Made by a program: the position numbers and the translations under genes. A model generated the notes under the pieces. It was not told the DNA's origin. It did not search any database and saw nothing but the letters and a program-made list of their open reading frames with translations. Positions 1 through 7,860 of a stretch of DNA of 64,000 nucleotides are shown here, in pieces. Source of the DNA: Planctomycetota bacterium (GTDB lineage: Bacteria; Planctomycetota; UBA1135; UBA2386); assembly GCA_947444055.1 (NCBI GenBank), contig CANEYR010000014.1, positions 1,738-65,737 on the forward strand. Direction: 5' to 3'. The first letter of the stretch is position 1; every line of letters begins with the position of its first letter.

Positions 1-320
1 TCCGCGTCAGCCGCCGCAGCCTCGCTCGTTGCCGGCCACTTCCCCAGCCGCCGCAGCAACCGCAGCACCCGATCGCGGATCGCCGACACCAGACCCGCCA
101 CACAGCCGTCCGTCACTTCGCCGTGCTCGCAGAACTCCGCCCGCCCGCTGCCCAGTTCGTGCGCATGCACGCCATCCAGCCACAGCACGTGAAAGTGGAC
201 GTTCAGCCGCATTCCCGAATCAAACCTCTGCACGAATGCCACCGCACCAGCTCGCGGCCGTGACCTTCCCTGCCGCCGCGCACGCCGTTCGTAGTACCCA
301 GACACCGCCCGCAGAAGGAT
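1..320 (-). mobile_element. IS91-family (rolling-circle, Y2/HUH-type) transposase gene, 3' portion only. It is 5'-truncated near 320 and runs off the window start.
   Basis: Minus-strand translation of ~290..1 reads RAGAVAFVQRFDSGMRLNVHFHVLWLDGVHAHELGSGRAEFCEHGEVTDGCVAGLVSAIRDRVLRLLRRLGKW. This is the QRFGS-LNLN-HFH-L-LDGV core I recognise from IS91/IS801/ISCR-type transposases. The frame stays open to position 1. The upstream boundary is taken as the point where copA homology stops. Confidence 0.7.
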
Positions 321-798
321 CCGCCGCACCGAAGTACACGGCGACCACGCCTCCTTCGCCGCGGAAGGAGGCTGGGAAGATGCCCGGCACGAGAGCGGCG
401 ACGAGGCTGTAGACGAACGCGACCGCAACGCTGAGCCCGATCAGCGTGAACATGTTCAGGCTCTTGTTCTTCACCGATTGGACGGCGCGCACATAGAACG
501 GCCTGGCCGCCCAGAGGCAGATCGGCGTCGCCAGCAGCAGCTCGAGCATCGTCCGTACCTGCATCGAGAGCAGGCGTGAGACCGGCATGCCAGGCAGCAT
601 GTCGCCCATCGAGATCAGGGCGAGGGGGACCGTGGCCTCTGCGGCAAACCAGAACCGGTGCCGCATGATGCGCAGTTCATGGCTCGCCTCGTCATCGGCT
701 CCGGCCGTGGGCTCGAGTGGCTCGAGCGCCATTCCACATTTTGGGCACGCGCCGGGGCCATTCGACCGAACCCCGGGATGCATAGGGCAGGTGTACAC
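321..798 (-). pseudogene. copA: Copper/heavy-metal P-type ATPase (CopA-like), N-terminal ~155 codons only
   Basis: ORF 220..798(-) begins MYTCPMHPGVRSNGPGACPKCGMALEP, a Cys-rich N-terminal metal-binding domain. The first TM segments follow (LNMFTLIGLSVAVAFVYSLVAALVPGIFPASFRGEGGVVAVYF). After VYF (~nt 331) the expected continuation and all catalytic domains are missing, and the frame runs into IS91-derived sequence. Confidence 0.85.
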
Positions 799-885
799 AA
801 CGGTACTCGGTACCGTGGATGTAGGCGCGACGGACGGCTTGGCCTCTACAGCGGTCTGTTCGCGGGGCGGATACTTCGACGGGCC

Positions 886-1065
886 TTAGGCGAAGCGGTC
901 ACGGCAGGTCGCGCTGCAGAAGACGACTTCGCCTTCTGGCCCTGCGAACCGGTGTGGGCTCGTGAGCGGCACCTGCATGCCGCATACGGGATCCGTTCTG
1001 GTCGGAACGGAAGTCCCAGGTCTTTCGCCGCGGACCTTGGTCTGTTCGTGCACGGTTATGCCCAC
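886..1065 (-). CDS. Small YHS/TRASH-type metal-binding protein (59 aa; GTG start at 1065 or 1053)
   Basis: Hand translation of the minus strand gives VGITVHEQTKVRGERPGTSVPTRTDPVCGMQVPLTSPHRFAGPEGEVVFCSATCRDRFA*. The DPVCGM...FCS..C..F pattern is the same as in the 74-aa YHS protein at 2214..2438. It is absent from the ORF track because it falls just under 60 aa. Confidence 0.6.
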   Translation of the reverse strand: MGITVHEQTKVRGERPGTSVPTRTDPVCGMQVPLTSPHRFAGPEGEVVFCSATCRDRFA

Positions 1066-1089
1066 CGGCCAATCGGCAAATGCCGTCGT

Positions 1090-2079
1090 TCAGTAGCCCC
1101 GCCCAAAGCCTGAATCCGTCGCGATCCGCGCCTGCAGGATGAGATTGTGCAGCCGGTGATTGTGACTGTTCTCCGGGTCGAGGTCGCCCGCCTTTTCGCA
1201 GTACTCCTCCGCGCTCGGTATGGCTCGCCGCTGGATGAACACGGTTCCCAACGTCAAGTAGGCTTCGACGAGACGATGCTGTACCGACTCGCGCGCGGTC
1301 GTGAGTTCGCCGGCCATCTCGCGCGGATCATCGGGAGGAGCGACATCGCTCACCGCGTCGTTCGCCTTCTCCAGGTGCCGCACCACTCTCTCGAGGGTTC
1401 GTTGGGCCTTGACACCACCGTGAGGCGATCGGTCCCCCTTGACATCATCCGCGTCCTGCACGTGACCGGCAACGCGCTTCAGGAGTCTCTCGAGTTCGCT
1501 CGCGCTCACCTGGTGCAACCCCGCATTCTGGAGCCGCTTTTCCTTCAGCTCCTGGAGCAGATGCGTGGCCTCTCGCCCGACCGGCGTGTCGCCATAGGAC
1601 TCATCGATGGTCGACAGCGTGAGCCGTGCCGCGCCGAATCGGTTCTCCTCCATCGCCTCCTTGGCGTCTTCCACGAGGGCGCGGGCGATGTCTGTCCGAA
1701 TGTCCATCACCTTCGCCTCGGCCGTCGCCTTCAGCTTCGGATCGAGCCGCGCCGCTTCACGGAACTCAGCGATCGCATGACCGCGCAGGCCCATGCCGCG
1801 AGCCACCTCGGCCAGCTGTGTGTGTGCCTCGGCGTCACCTGGTTCGACCCTGGCCGCGAGGATCGTGTAGAGTGACACGGGCGTCATATCACTCTTCTGA
1901 ATGGTTCGCGTCGCGGCTTTGGGGAAGCCGATTTCGACCTCCACAGTACTTGCGGTCACCTTCACGACGCGACCGATGGCGACTTCGCCGTTGCGCAGCT
2001 CGATGGTCTGGGCGAGGAGTCCGCCCGCGAACAGTGCGAGGACAAATATGTGTGCTGTGGGTTTCATTCGGTGGCTCAT
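1090..2079 (-). CDS. Secreted helical/TPR-like protein of unknown function (329 aa)
   Basis: N-terminal signal peptide (MKPTAHIFVLALFAGGLLAQ). The remainder is helical and Glu/Arg/Ala-rich with TPR-like stretches. It sits between two YHS genes on the same strand. Confidence 0.7.
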   Translation of the reverse strand: MSHRMKPTAHIFVLALFAGGLLAQTIELRNGEVAIGRVVKVTASTVEVEIGFPKAATRTIQKSDMTPVSLYTILAARVEPGDAEAHTQLAEVARGMGLRGHAIAEFREAARLDPKLKATAEAKVMDIRTDIARALVEDAKEAMEENRFGAARLTLSTIDESYGDTPVGREATHLLQELKEKRLQNAGLHQVSASELERLLKRVAGHVQDADDVKGDRSPHGGVKAQRTLERVVRHLEKANDAVSDVAPPDDPREMAGELTTARESVQHRLVEAYLTLGTVFIQRRAIPSAEEYCEKAGDLDPENSHNHRLHNLILQARIATDSGFGRGY

Positions 2080-2213
2080 TGCGGGTACAGGGTGGCTAGA
2101 AGTTGGAACGCACGGGACGGTTCATGCGGGTGCTGCTGGCAAACTCTATTCCTAGGGGTGCCGAGCCGCGGGTGAAGGCCAGGCAGCAGGGGCTGACCTT
2201 CAGCGTCCGCGCG

Positions 2214-2438
2214 TCATCCGCAGCAGCCTCCAGGCTTCTTCTCCGGGATCGCGCCGGTCGGCGTCGCCAGAAACTTGAGCCGGCACGCTTCACTGCAGAA
2301 GTAGAACGTCTGGCCGTCGCGTTGGGCGCGGACAGCTGTCATCTCCTGCACGGGCATTCCGCAGATGGGGTCTTTCGTCATGGATGTCGGGTTCTTGGTG
2401 GTCATTGGATTGGGCCCGTCGCGGTTGGCATGCGCCAC
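2214..2438 (-). CDS. YHS domain metal-binding protein (74 aa)
   Basis: Contains DPICGMPV...FYFCSEACRLKF and a C-terminal GGCCG motif. Confidence 0.85.
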   Translation of the reverse strand: MAHANRDGPNPMTTKNPTSMTKDPICGMPVQEMTAVRAQRDGQTFYFCSEACRLKFLATPTGAIPEKKPGGCCG

Positions 2439-2534
2439 CGGTATGGGGAGAGGACTCGCTGGCCGGGGGCATGCGCAGGGTCGTTGTCTAACACGGCCGT
2501 CTGAGTGGGGGGTGAAATGGTTATGACAAGGGCT

Positions 2535-2826
2535 TCAGCCACAACCAGCGTTCCACAACCTACCCAGGGAACTGTCGACGTTCGCGACAGTCGGGGCCGG
2601 GGCGCCCTGCAGACAGGCGGCGCGCGGCCCATGCACGGCATTGCTCGTGGCGAGGTTGGTGGCACGGTCAAGGTCGCCGAGGTCGCAGGCGCGTTCGGCG
2701 ACCGCGAGACCCGCCGCACCGGCTCGCTCAAGCAGCATTGCGCGCGCGATGCCCGGCAGCACGCGGCCATCGAGCCGCGGCGTCACCCACACGCCATCGA
2801 GTTCGAGCCACAGGTTCGCGATCGCC
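2535..2826 (-). pseudogene. Class IV aminotransferase / aminodeoxychorismate-lyase-like gene, C-terminal ~95 codons only
   Basis: The translation NLWLELDGVWVTPRLDGRVLPGIARAMLLERAGAAGLAVAERACDLGDLDRATNLATSNAVHGPRAA matches the TP...iLpGitR...E....l..a.e.f.tNs motif series of fold-type IV PLP enzymes. No N-terminal half is present. Upstream it abuts the IS91 fragment in another frame. Confidence 0.6.
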
Positions 2827-3087
2827 AACCACCGAGTGCTTCTTGCAGGCATCGCAATGCACCCGCGAAAAACCGCAGCCGAGGACCCCGCAACGCAGGA
2901 ACGACTCCACTTCACGGCGGCAGAATCGCGGCACCACGCGTTCGCCAGCTTCGACTCGCTGCACGAACGTGCGCCACTCCGCGAGCACGGTCCGGTACAG
3001 AACCGTCGCCTCCGGCTCACGCCGCCGCCACTGCGCACCACTCGTTGCCACAGAGGCGATGTGCTTCGTTCCGCGCCGCGGTGGCAC
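2827..3087 (-). mobile_element. IS91-family transposase gene, 5' ~87 codons only (zinc-binding N-terminal domain); GTG start at 3087
   Basis: ORF 2728..3087(-) reads EPEATVLYRTVLAEWRTFVQRVEAGERVVPRFCRREVESFLRCGVLGCGFSRVHCDACKKHSVV. This fits the LP.FV..EF..YL.CG.L..GF.R..C..C pattern of IS91/ISCR N-termini. Homology stops after HSVV, where AFSCK.RGFCPSC would be expected. Confidence 0.7.
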
Positions 3088-3304
3088 TCATTCCTGCCAA
3101 TCCCATCTCCCAGGTGGCTGCCCTACACGGCCGCGAGCGAGACTTCTGCGAGCAGACTCACTTCACGATCGGCACGTTGAGTCGCGGCGTCGTGAAGATC
3201 TGGCTGTTGCTCGCGTCGAAGTGCACGCCCTGGAAGTAGAGCGTGCCGGTATCGAGCCACGTCGGCAGGCGCAGCACCCACGAAGCCGAGGGTCCCACCG
3301 TCGG
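3002..3304. repeat. 303-bp direct repeat, copy 1 (partner at 5176..5478)
   Basis: Base-by-base comparison shows 5 mismatches in 303 nt. The repeat contains the first 86 nt of the IS91 transposase ORF, a 70-nt spacer and the last 147 nt of the 809-aa-ORF gene. Confidence 0.95.
3158..3304 (-). pseudogene. Duplicated 3' end (last 48 codons plus stop) of the secreted-protein gene at 5332..7638
   Basis: PTVGPSASWVLRLPTWLDTGTLYFQGVHFDASNSQIFTTPRLNVPIVK* versus ...TTQRLNVPIVK* at the end of the full gene. There is no upstream coding continuity. Confidence 0.9.
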
Positions 3305-3555
3305 AGGCCGAGCAGCAGCGGCGATTGCTCGCAGCCAGCCCGGAGTGCCCTGGTCGCGACAGCGATGCCGAGGAGGCGCCCACCGCGCCGGCGGAGGGGC
3401 CGGGTGGCGCGCGTTCGCACGGCGCGGCTCGCGGATCGGCAAGGCCGCCGGCCTGCCGCAGGGAACGGGCGGTGCCGGCGGCATGGCCCCCCGCTGGAGC
3501 TGCGGTGGTCGGCGGAGGCTGGCGGTGGTCGCCGTCCGTCGCTCCACTGTCGCGC

Positions 3556-5133
3556 GTGACCGAGACGTTGTTGGCCCTGACCGCGATCCTTGCCACGCTG
3601 GCCGGCGTCACGCTGCTGGCGCCACGCCTGCGCCTGCCGCAACCACTGGCGCTGGCGCTGGCTGGCGTCGCGCTGGCGATGGTGCCGGCGATGCGCAACC
3701 TCGACCTCGATCCGAACCTGATCCTGTTCGGGTTCCTGCCGCCGCTGCTCTACGCCGACGCGTTCCAGACTTCGTGGCGCGACTTCAAGCGCTGGCTGCG
3801 ACCGATCCTGATGCTGGCGATCGGGCTGGTTGCGGTGACGATCCTGGTGGTGGGGCTGGTCGCCAAGTGGTGCCTGCCCGACCTGCCGTGGGTGGCGTGC
3901 TTCGTACTCGGCGCGGTGGTGTCGCCGACCGACACCGTCGCGGTGCAGGCGGTCATCGAACGGCTCCGAGTGCCGCGGCGCATGACCGCGATCGTCGGCG
4001 GCGAGAGCCTCGTCAACGACGCGACCGGCTTGGTCGGCGTGCAGATCGGCGTCGTGGTGGCCCTGAACGGCAGCTTCTCGTGGGGCCACGCGACGGTGCA
4101 GTTCGCTCAGGTCGCCGGGCTCGGCATCTTGATCGGTGTTGGCATCGGCGCGCTGTTCACGCTCGCGCACAAGCGCATCCGCGAGCCGCAAGTCGCGTTC
4201 ACGATCTCGCTGCTGGCGCCGTACCTCGCGTTCGCGCTGGCGACGCTGGCGGATGCCTCGGGGGTGCTCGCGGTGGTCACCGCCGGTGCCGTGGTCGCGT
4301 GGCGGGTGCACGTGATCGCGCCGGTGGCGCGGTTGCAGCTGCGCGCGGCGTGGGGGCAGCTGACCTTCCTGCTGAACGGGTTGTGCTTCCTCTACATCGG
4401 CCTCAAGTCGCCGTGCCTGCTGGCAGCCGCGGCGCAGGCCGGCCCGGGGCTGTGGCAGGCCGGGTTGTGGGTCAGCGCCGCGGTGATCGGCACGCGGTTG
4501 CTGTGGTGCTGGCCCAACGCCTACCTGCCGCTGCGGTTGTCCAAACGGCTCCGCGAGCGCGAAGGCGGCTACCCGCAGCCAAGCGGCGTGCTGTTGGTGT
4601 CGTGGTGCGGCGTGCGCGGCGCGGTGTCGCTGGCGGCGGCGCTGTCGCTGCCGGTCGAGGCCGGCGACGGCCCGTTCCCCGGCCGCGAGGCGATCGTCGC
4701 CTGCACGCTGGCGGTGATCCTCAGTACGTTGCTGCTGCAGGGCGGCACTCTGTTCCCGCTGGTGAAACTGCTCGGTCTCGACGACGACGGCACCACCGCG
4801 CAGGAGCTGCGTCATGCGCGCGAGCGACTGCTCGAGTCGGGCATCGGGCGGCTCGACGCGTTCTGCAGCGAACAGAGCTGCCCGGTGGCGGTGCACCGGT
4901 TTCGCGAGTCGATGGCCGAGGAACTCGGGGCGCTGCGCGCCGACGACGACGCCGAGCGTTCGCGCGCGGCGCAGCGGCTCGCGGTATCGCGCGAAGTGCG
5001 CGCCGCGGTCGTGCAGGCGCAGGAGACCGCGCTGCTGCGGCTGCGCGATTCGGGGGCGATCGACGACCAGGCCTACAACGATCTGCTGGTCGAGCTCGAT
5101 CACGCACTGGCTCCGGCGCACCGGCCGGGCTGA
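3556..5133 (+). CDS. nhaP: CPA1-family Na+/H+ (cation/proton) antiporter, NhaP-type (525 aa from GTG 3556)
   Basis: Multi-TM core (LPQPLALALAGVALAM..., FLPPLLYADAF, VVSPTDTVAV, GESLVNDATGLV) plus a cytoplasmic C-terminal domain. The first 77 codons of ORF 3325..5133 are Pro/Gly/Arg-rich junk, so I chose the in-frame GTG at 3556. Confidence 0.85.
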   Translation: MTETLLALTAILATLAGVTLLAPRLRLPQPLALALAGVALAMVPAMRNLDLDPNLILFGFLPPLLYADAFQTSWRDFKRWLRPILMLAIGLVAVTILVVGLVAKWCLPDLPWVACFVLGAVVSPTDTVAVQAVIERLRVPRRMTAIVGGESLVNDATGLVGVQIGVVVALNGSFSWGHATVQFAQVAGLGILIGVGIGALFTLAHKRIREPQVAFTISLLAPYLAFALATLADASGVLAVVTAGAVVAWRVHVIAPVARLQLRAAWGQLTFLLNGLCFLYIGLKSPCLLAAAAQAGPGLWQAGLWVSAAVIGTRLLWCWPNAYLPLRLSKRLREREGGYPQPSGVLLVSWCGVRGAVSLAAALSLPVEAGDGPFPGREAIVACTLAVILSTLLLQGGTLFPLVKLLGLDDDGTTAQELRHARERLLESGIGRLDAFCSEQSCPVAVHRFRESMAEELGALRADDDAERSRAAQRLAVSREVRAAVVQAQETALLRLRDSGAIDDQAYNDLLVELDHALAPAHRPG

Positions 5134-5175
5134 GTTCCGGCACACGCATCGGGGTGATACGCGCACAGCACCCGC

Positions 5176-5261
5176 ACCGTCGCCTCCGGCTCACGCCGCC
5201 GCCACTGCGCACCACTCGTTGCCACAGAGGCGATGTGCTTCGTTCCGCGCCGCGGTGGCAC
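5176..5261 (-). mobile_element. 86-nt stub of the IS91-family transposase 5' end (inside repeat copy 2)
   Basis: Identical to 3002..3087, which encodes MPPRRGTKHIASVATSGAQWRRREPEATV. Identity ends at 5176 and unrelated sequence downstream of nhaP follows. Confidence 0.8.
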
Positions 5262-5478
5262 TCATTCCCGCCAATCCCATCTCCCAGGTGGCTGCCCTAC
5301 ACGGCCGCGAGCGGGACTTCTGCGAACAGACTCACTTCACGATCGGCACGTTGAGTCGCTGGGTCGTGAAGATCTGGCTGTTGCTCGCGTCGAAGTGCAC
5401 GCCCTGGAAGTAGAGCGTGCCGGTATCGAGCCACGTCGGCAGGCGCAGCACCCACGAAGCCGAGGGTCCCACCGTCGG
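5176..5478. repeat. 303-bp direct repeat, copy 2 (partner at 3002..3304)
   Basis: See copy 1. Here the repeat is continuous with the intact 3' end of the gene at 5332..7638. Confidence 0.95.
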
Positions 5479-7638
5479 CTCGAAGAAGCCGATGTGGTCG
5501 GGACCGACGTTGGGCACAAGCAGCCAGCAGCCATCGACGATCGGCGGGATGCCGACCAGCAGGGCCGAGAACGGCGCGGTCGCGATGATCGCGGTCATCA
5601 GGGCGCCGGCGGGAACGTTCGTCATGTTGAGGCCACTGTGCTCCGAGCCGATGAGCTGGGTGCCCTGCCACTGCAACTGCCCGCTGCCGCAGCCAAGCCC
5701 GCTCAGAGTCGGGGCTGGTGCCACTGGATGCGCGTAACGGCGCACTTCGGTCGTAGCACTACCCCCACCGAAGCGGCGGCCGTAGGCGATCAGGAACTGT
5801 CCCGCATCGTCGTCGAACGTGACGGCGCCCGAGACGGACGACTCACCCGCCGCCGGCTGGAACACGGTGCCGGACCGCAGGATGGCGGCATGGAAGCCGA
5901 GCACGCGGTAGTAGACATTGTCCGTGACCGTGCTGCGCAGCGTCAGCAGGTAGTGGTCCATCGTGTTGCGGTCGATGTCGAAGCCCGTGACGAGCAGTCG
6001 CGCATCCGGGCTGGTCTCCAGCGTTGCACCCGACGAGTCTTGGTAGCTGCCCGCCGTCCACGTGCCGCTGATGGCAGAGATCTCATGGCCATTCGCGCCC
6101 TCGGGCTTGACACCCGCCTGGGCGATCGTCGAGCGCGTCGAACTGACGACTATGTGGTCGTTGAAGCCGGCAATGCGCGGCGCCATGTCATGGATGCCAA
6201 ATTGGTTGAACCTGGCGGGGAACGGTGCCCCCACGGTGCCATTGCGCGCCACACGACGTACCATGACGTTCCAGTCGCCGTGCGGACTGAGCGCCGGGTT
6301 GTTGCCGATGACCTGGTAGGCGACGGTCCACTCCTGTAGGCCGCCGGCCTGCAGCTTGTTGATCGCCGGCCGCTCGTTGTCCTCGAACAGGAGGTTGTCG
6401 GCGATGACGAACGACACGCCCGCGCTGCCGTTGCCCGCGAGTGCCACCGTGCAGCCCCAGACTTCGCTGGTCGTGGCATTGAAGAACGCCCCCGTGCCTT
6501 CACGTTGGAAGACGACGACGAGCGACGCAGCGCCGACCTGGTACAGGTCATGCGCGACATCCGGACGCCACGCGTTGTTGCTGCCCGTGTCGATGGCGAC
6601 GACCTGGTTCTGCAGCACATTGTCGTTGCGGTCGTGTTTGTGGAAGCGCACGCGACGCGTGCCGTTGCTGACGAACTCGCGCGTGAACGCAAGCACGCAT
6701 GAGCCGTCGGCGAAGTGCATGCCCAGGCTCGGCTCGGTCGACGACCAGCTGTTCGTGGAGTCGCTGAAGTTCACCACCTGGTTGCCACCGTCGTCGTTGG
6801 TGCGGCGCAAGATCACGTCGGCATCGGTCGCCGAAGCCCAGCGCGACGTGACGTGCCACAAGTTGCCGGTGTTGAGCGCCGAGTCCCGCGCGATCTCCAC
6901 GTCCACCAGGTCGCTGCCGGCCACGGCGAGGAACACACTGAGCAACGGGTCGACCACGAGCGGGAACGTGGCCGTCGCCAACCACGCCGCATCGAGGCGC
7001 AGCGTCAGGTTGCCGTCGAGCACCGCAGTCGTCATCGGCTGCTGCCGCCCGCGCGCGTCGATGGCGGTTGCTTTGCCATAGGCGAGGATTGGCGTGCCGT
7101 TCGCATCGCGGAACACGACCTCGTCATGGCTGGCCGCTCTGTTCTCGGCGTGCAGCGCGGTGTCGATGGCGCCGCGGATCACGAGATCGCCGTTGGCGGT
7201 CGGACGCGAGCGCAGCACGAACGTCTGCTCAACGCCCTCGTGGCGCACGTCGTAGGCTTCGACCAAGCCGCCGAGTTCGTAGGTGGCGCGCAGATCGGTG
7301 TGGGCCAAAGCCGGCACAGCCGCGGTGCAGAGTTCGAGTTCGCCAGCGCGCACCGACTGGGTGCGCCAGCGCAGCGACTGGCTGTGGGGATAGTCCTTGC
7401 CGAGGTACGGGACGAACGTGGCCCCGTCGTGGAATGACACCTTGTAGGCGTCGCCTGCCGCCCAGATGCCGTACGCCGAGCCTTGGTCGTCAGCTCCGGT
7501 GTGAATGTGGACGAGGCTCGGCGGCAGGGTCGTGGTGGCAGCGCCGTCGGGTGACAAGGCACTGACCGCCTGGCCGCTGGCAAGGCAGGTCAACGACATG
7601 GTCGCCAACAGGATGGGCAAACAAAACGATCGGCTCAT
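5332..7638 (-). CDS. Large secreted protein of unknown function (768 aa from the ATG at 7638) carrying the recurrent C-terminal Cys module
   Basis: Signal peptide MSRSFCLPILLATMSLTCLASGQA. The body is long, Thr/Ser/Gly/Asn-rich and beta-type. The C-terminus reads GLGCGSG...VDGCWLLVP...ASWVLRLP...LYFQGVHFD...NVPIVK. The ORF extends to 7761, but the signal peptide begins at M42. Confidence 0.8.
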   Translation of the reverse strand: MSRSFCLPILLATMSLTCLASGQAVSALSPDGAATTTLPPSLVHIHTGADDQGSAYGIWAAGDAYKVSFHDGATFVPYLGKDYPHSQSLRWRTQSVRAGELELCTAAVPALAHTDLRATYELGGLVEAYDVRHEGVEQTFVLRSRPTANGDLVIRGAIDTALHAENRAASHDEVVFRDANGTPILAYGKATAIDARGRQQPMTTAVLDGNLTLRLDAAWLATATFPLVVDPLLSVFLAVAGSDLVDVEIARDSALNTGNLWHVTSRWASATDADVILRRTNDDGGNQVVNFSDSTNSWSSTEPSLGMHFADGSCVLAFTREFVSNGTRRVRFHKHDRNDNVLQNQVVAIDTGSNNAWRPDVAHDLYQVGAASLVVVFQREGTGAFFNATTSEVWGCTVALAGNGSAGVSFVIADNLLFEDNERPAINKLQAGGLQEWTVAYQVIGNNPALSPHGDWNVMVRRVARNGTVGAPFPARFNQFGIHDMAPRIAGFNDHIVVSSTRSTIAQAGVKPEGANGHEISAISGTWTAGSYQDSSGATLETSPDARLLVTGFDIDRNTMDHYLLTLRSTVTDNVYYRVLGFHAAILRSGTVFQPAAGESSVSGAVTFDDDAGQFLIAYGRRFGGGSATTEVRRYAHPVAPAPTLSGLGCGSGQLQWQGTQLIGSEHSGLNMTNVPAGALMTAIIATAPFSALLVGIPPIVDGCWLLVPNVGPDHIGFFEPTVGPSASWVLRLPTWLDTGTLYFQGVHFDASNSQIFTTQRLNVPIVK

Positions 7639-7860
7639 TTCAGGTTCTCTCATCGGTAACAGGATTGGGAAGGACCTCTTGAGCGACACAACCGATGGCG
7701 AACGGACAGTCCGCGAGAGGATCCTCCCCAAGCCAAAATCGGTGTCCGCTTCACGCCCCACCCGACGCTCTCATCGTTGCCGACGCCTGGGCGCAGCACC
7801 GCCGACTCCGCCGACCCCGCTTGCGCCACCGTCGAGTAAGCCCGATCCTCGCCCTCTCTC

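Noticed and set aside
225-330. Third-frame reading CGGSFCGRCLGTT... that could be the FSCK.RGFCPSC zinc-finger continuation of the IS91 N-terminal fragment
   Set aside because: The match is limited to a few Cys/Gly residues in a GC-rich frame. It would require an additional frameshift and still omit ~200 codons of the transposase. It is more likely coincidence than a contiguous interrupted gene.
3163-5166. 667-aa ORF on the minus strand
   Set aside because: It is exactly antisense to the well-supported NhaP antiporter gene. The translation is Arg/Gln/His/Pro-rich with no motifs, the typical shadow ORF of high-GC DNA. The overlapping + frame ORF 3243..5354 (703 aa) is rejected for the same reason.
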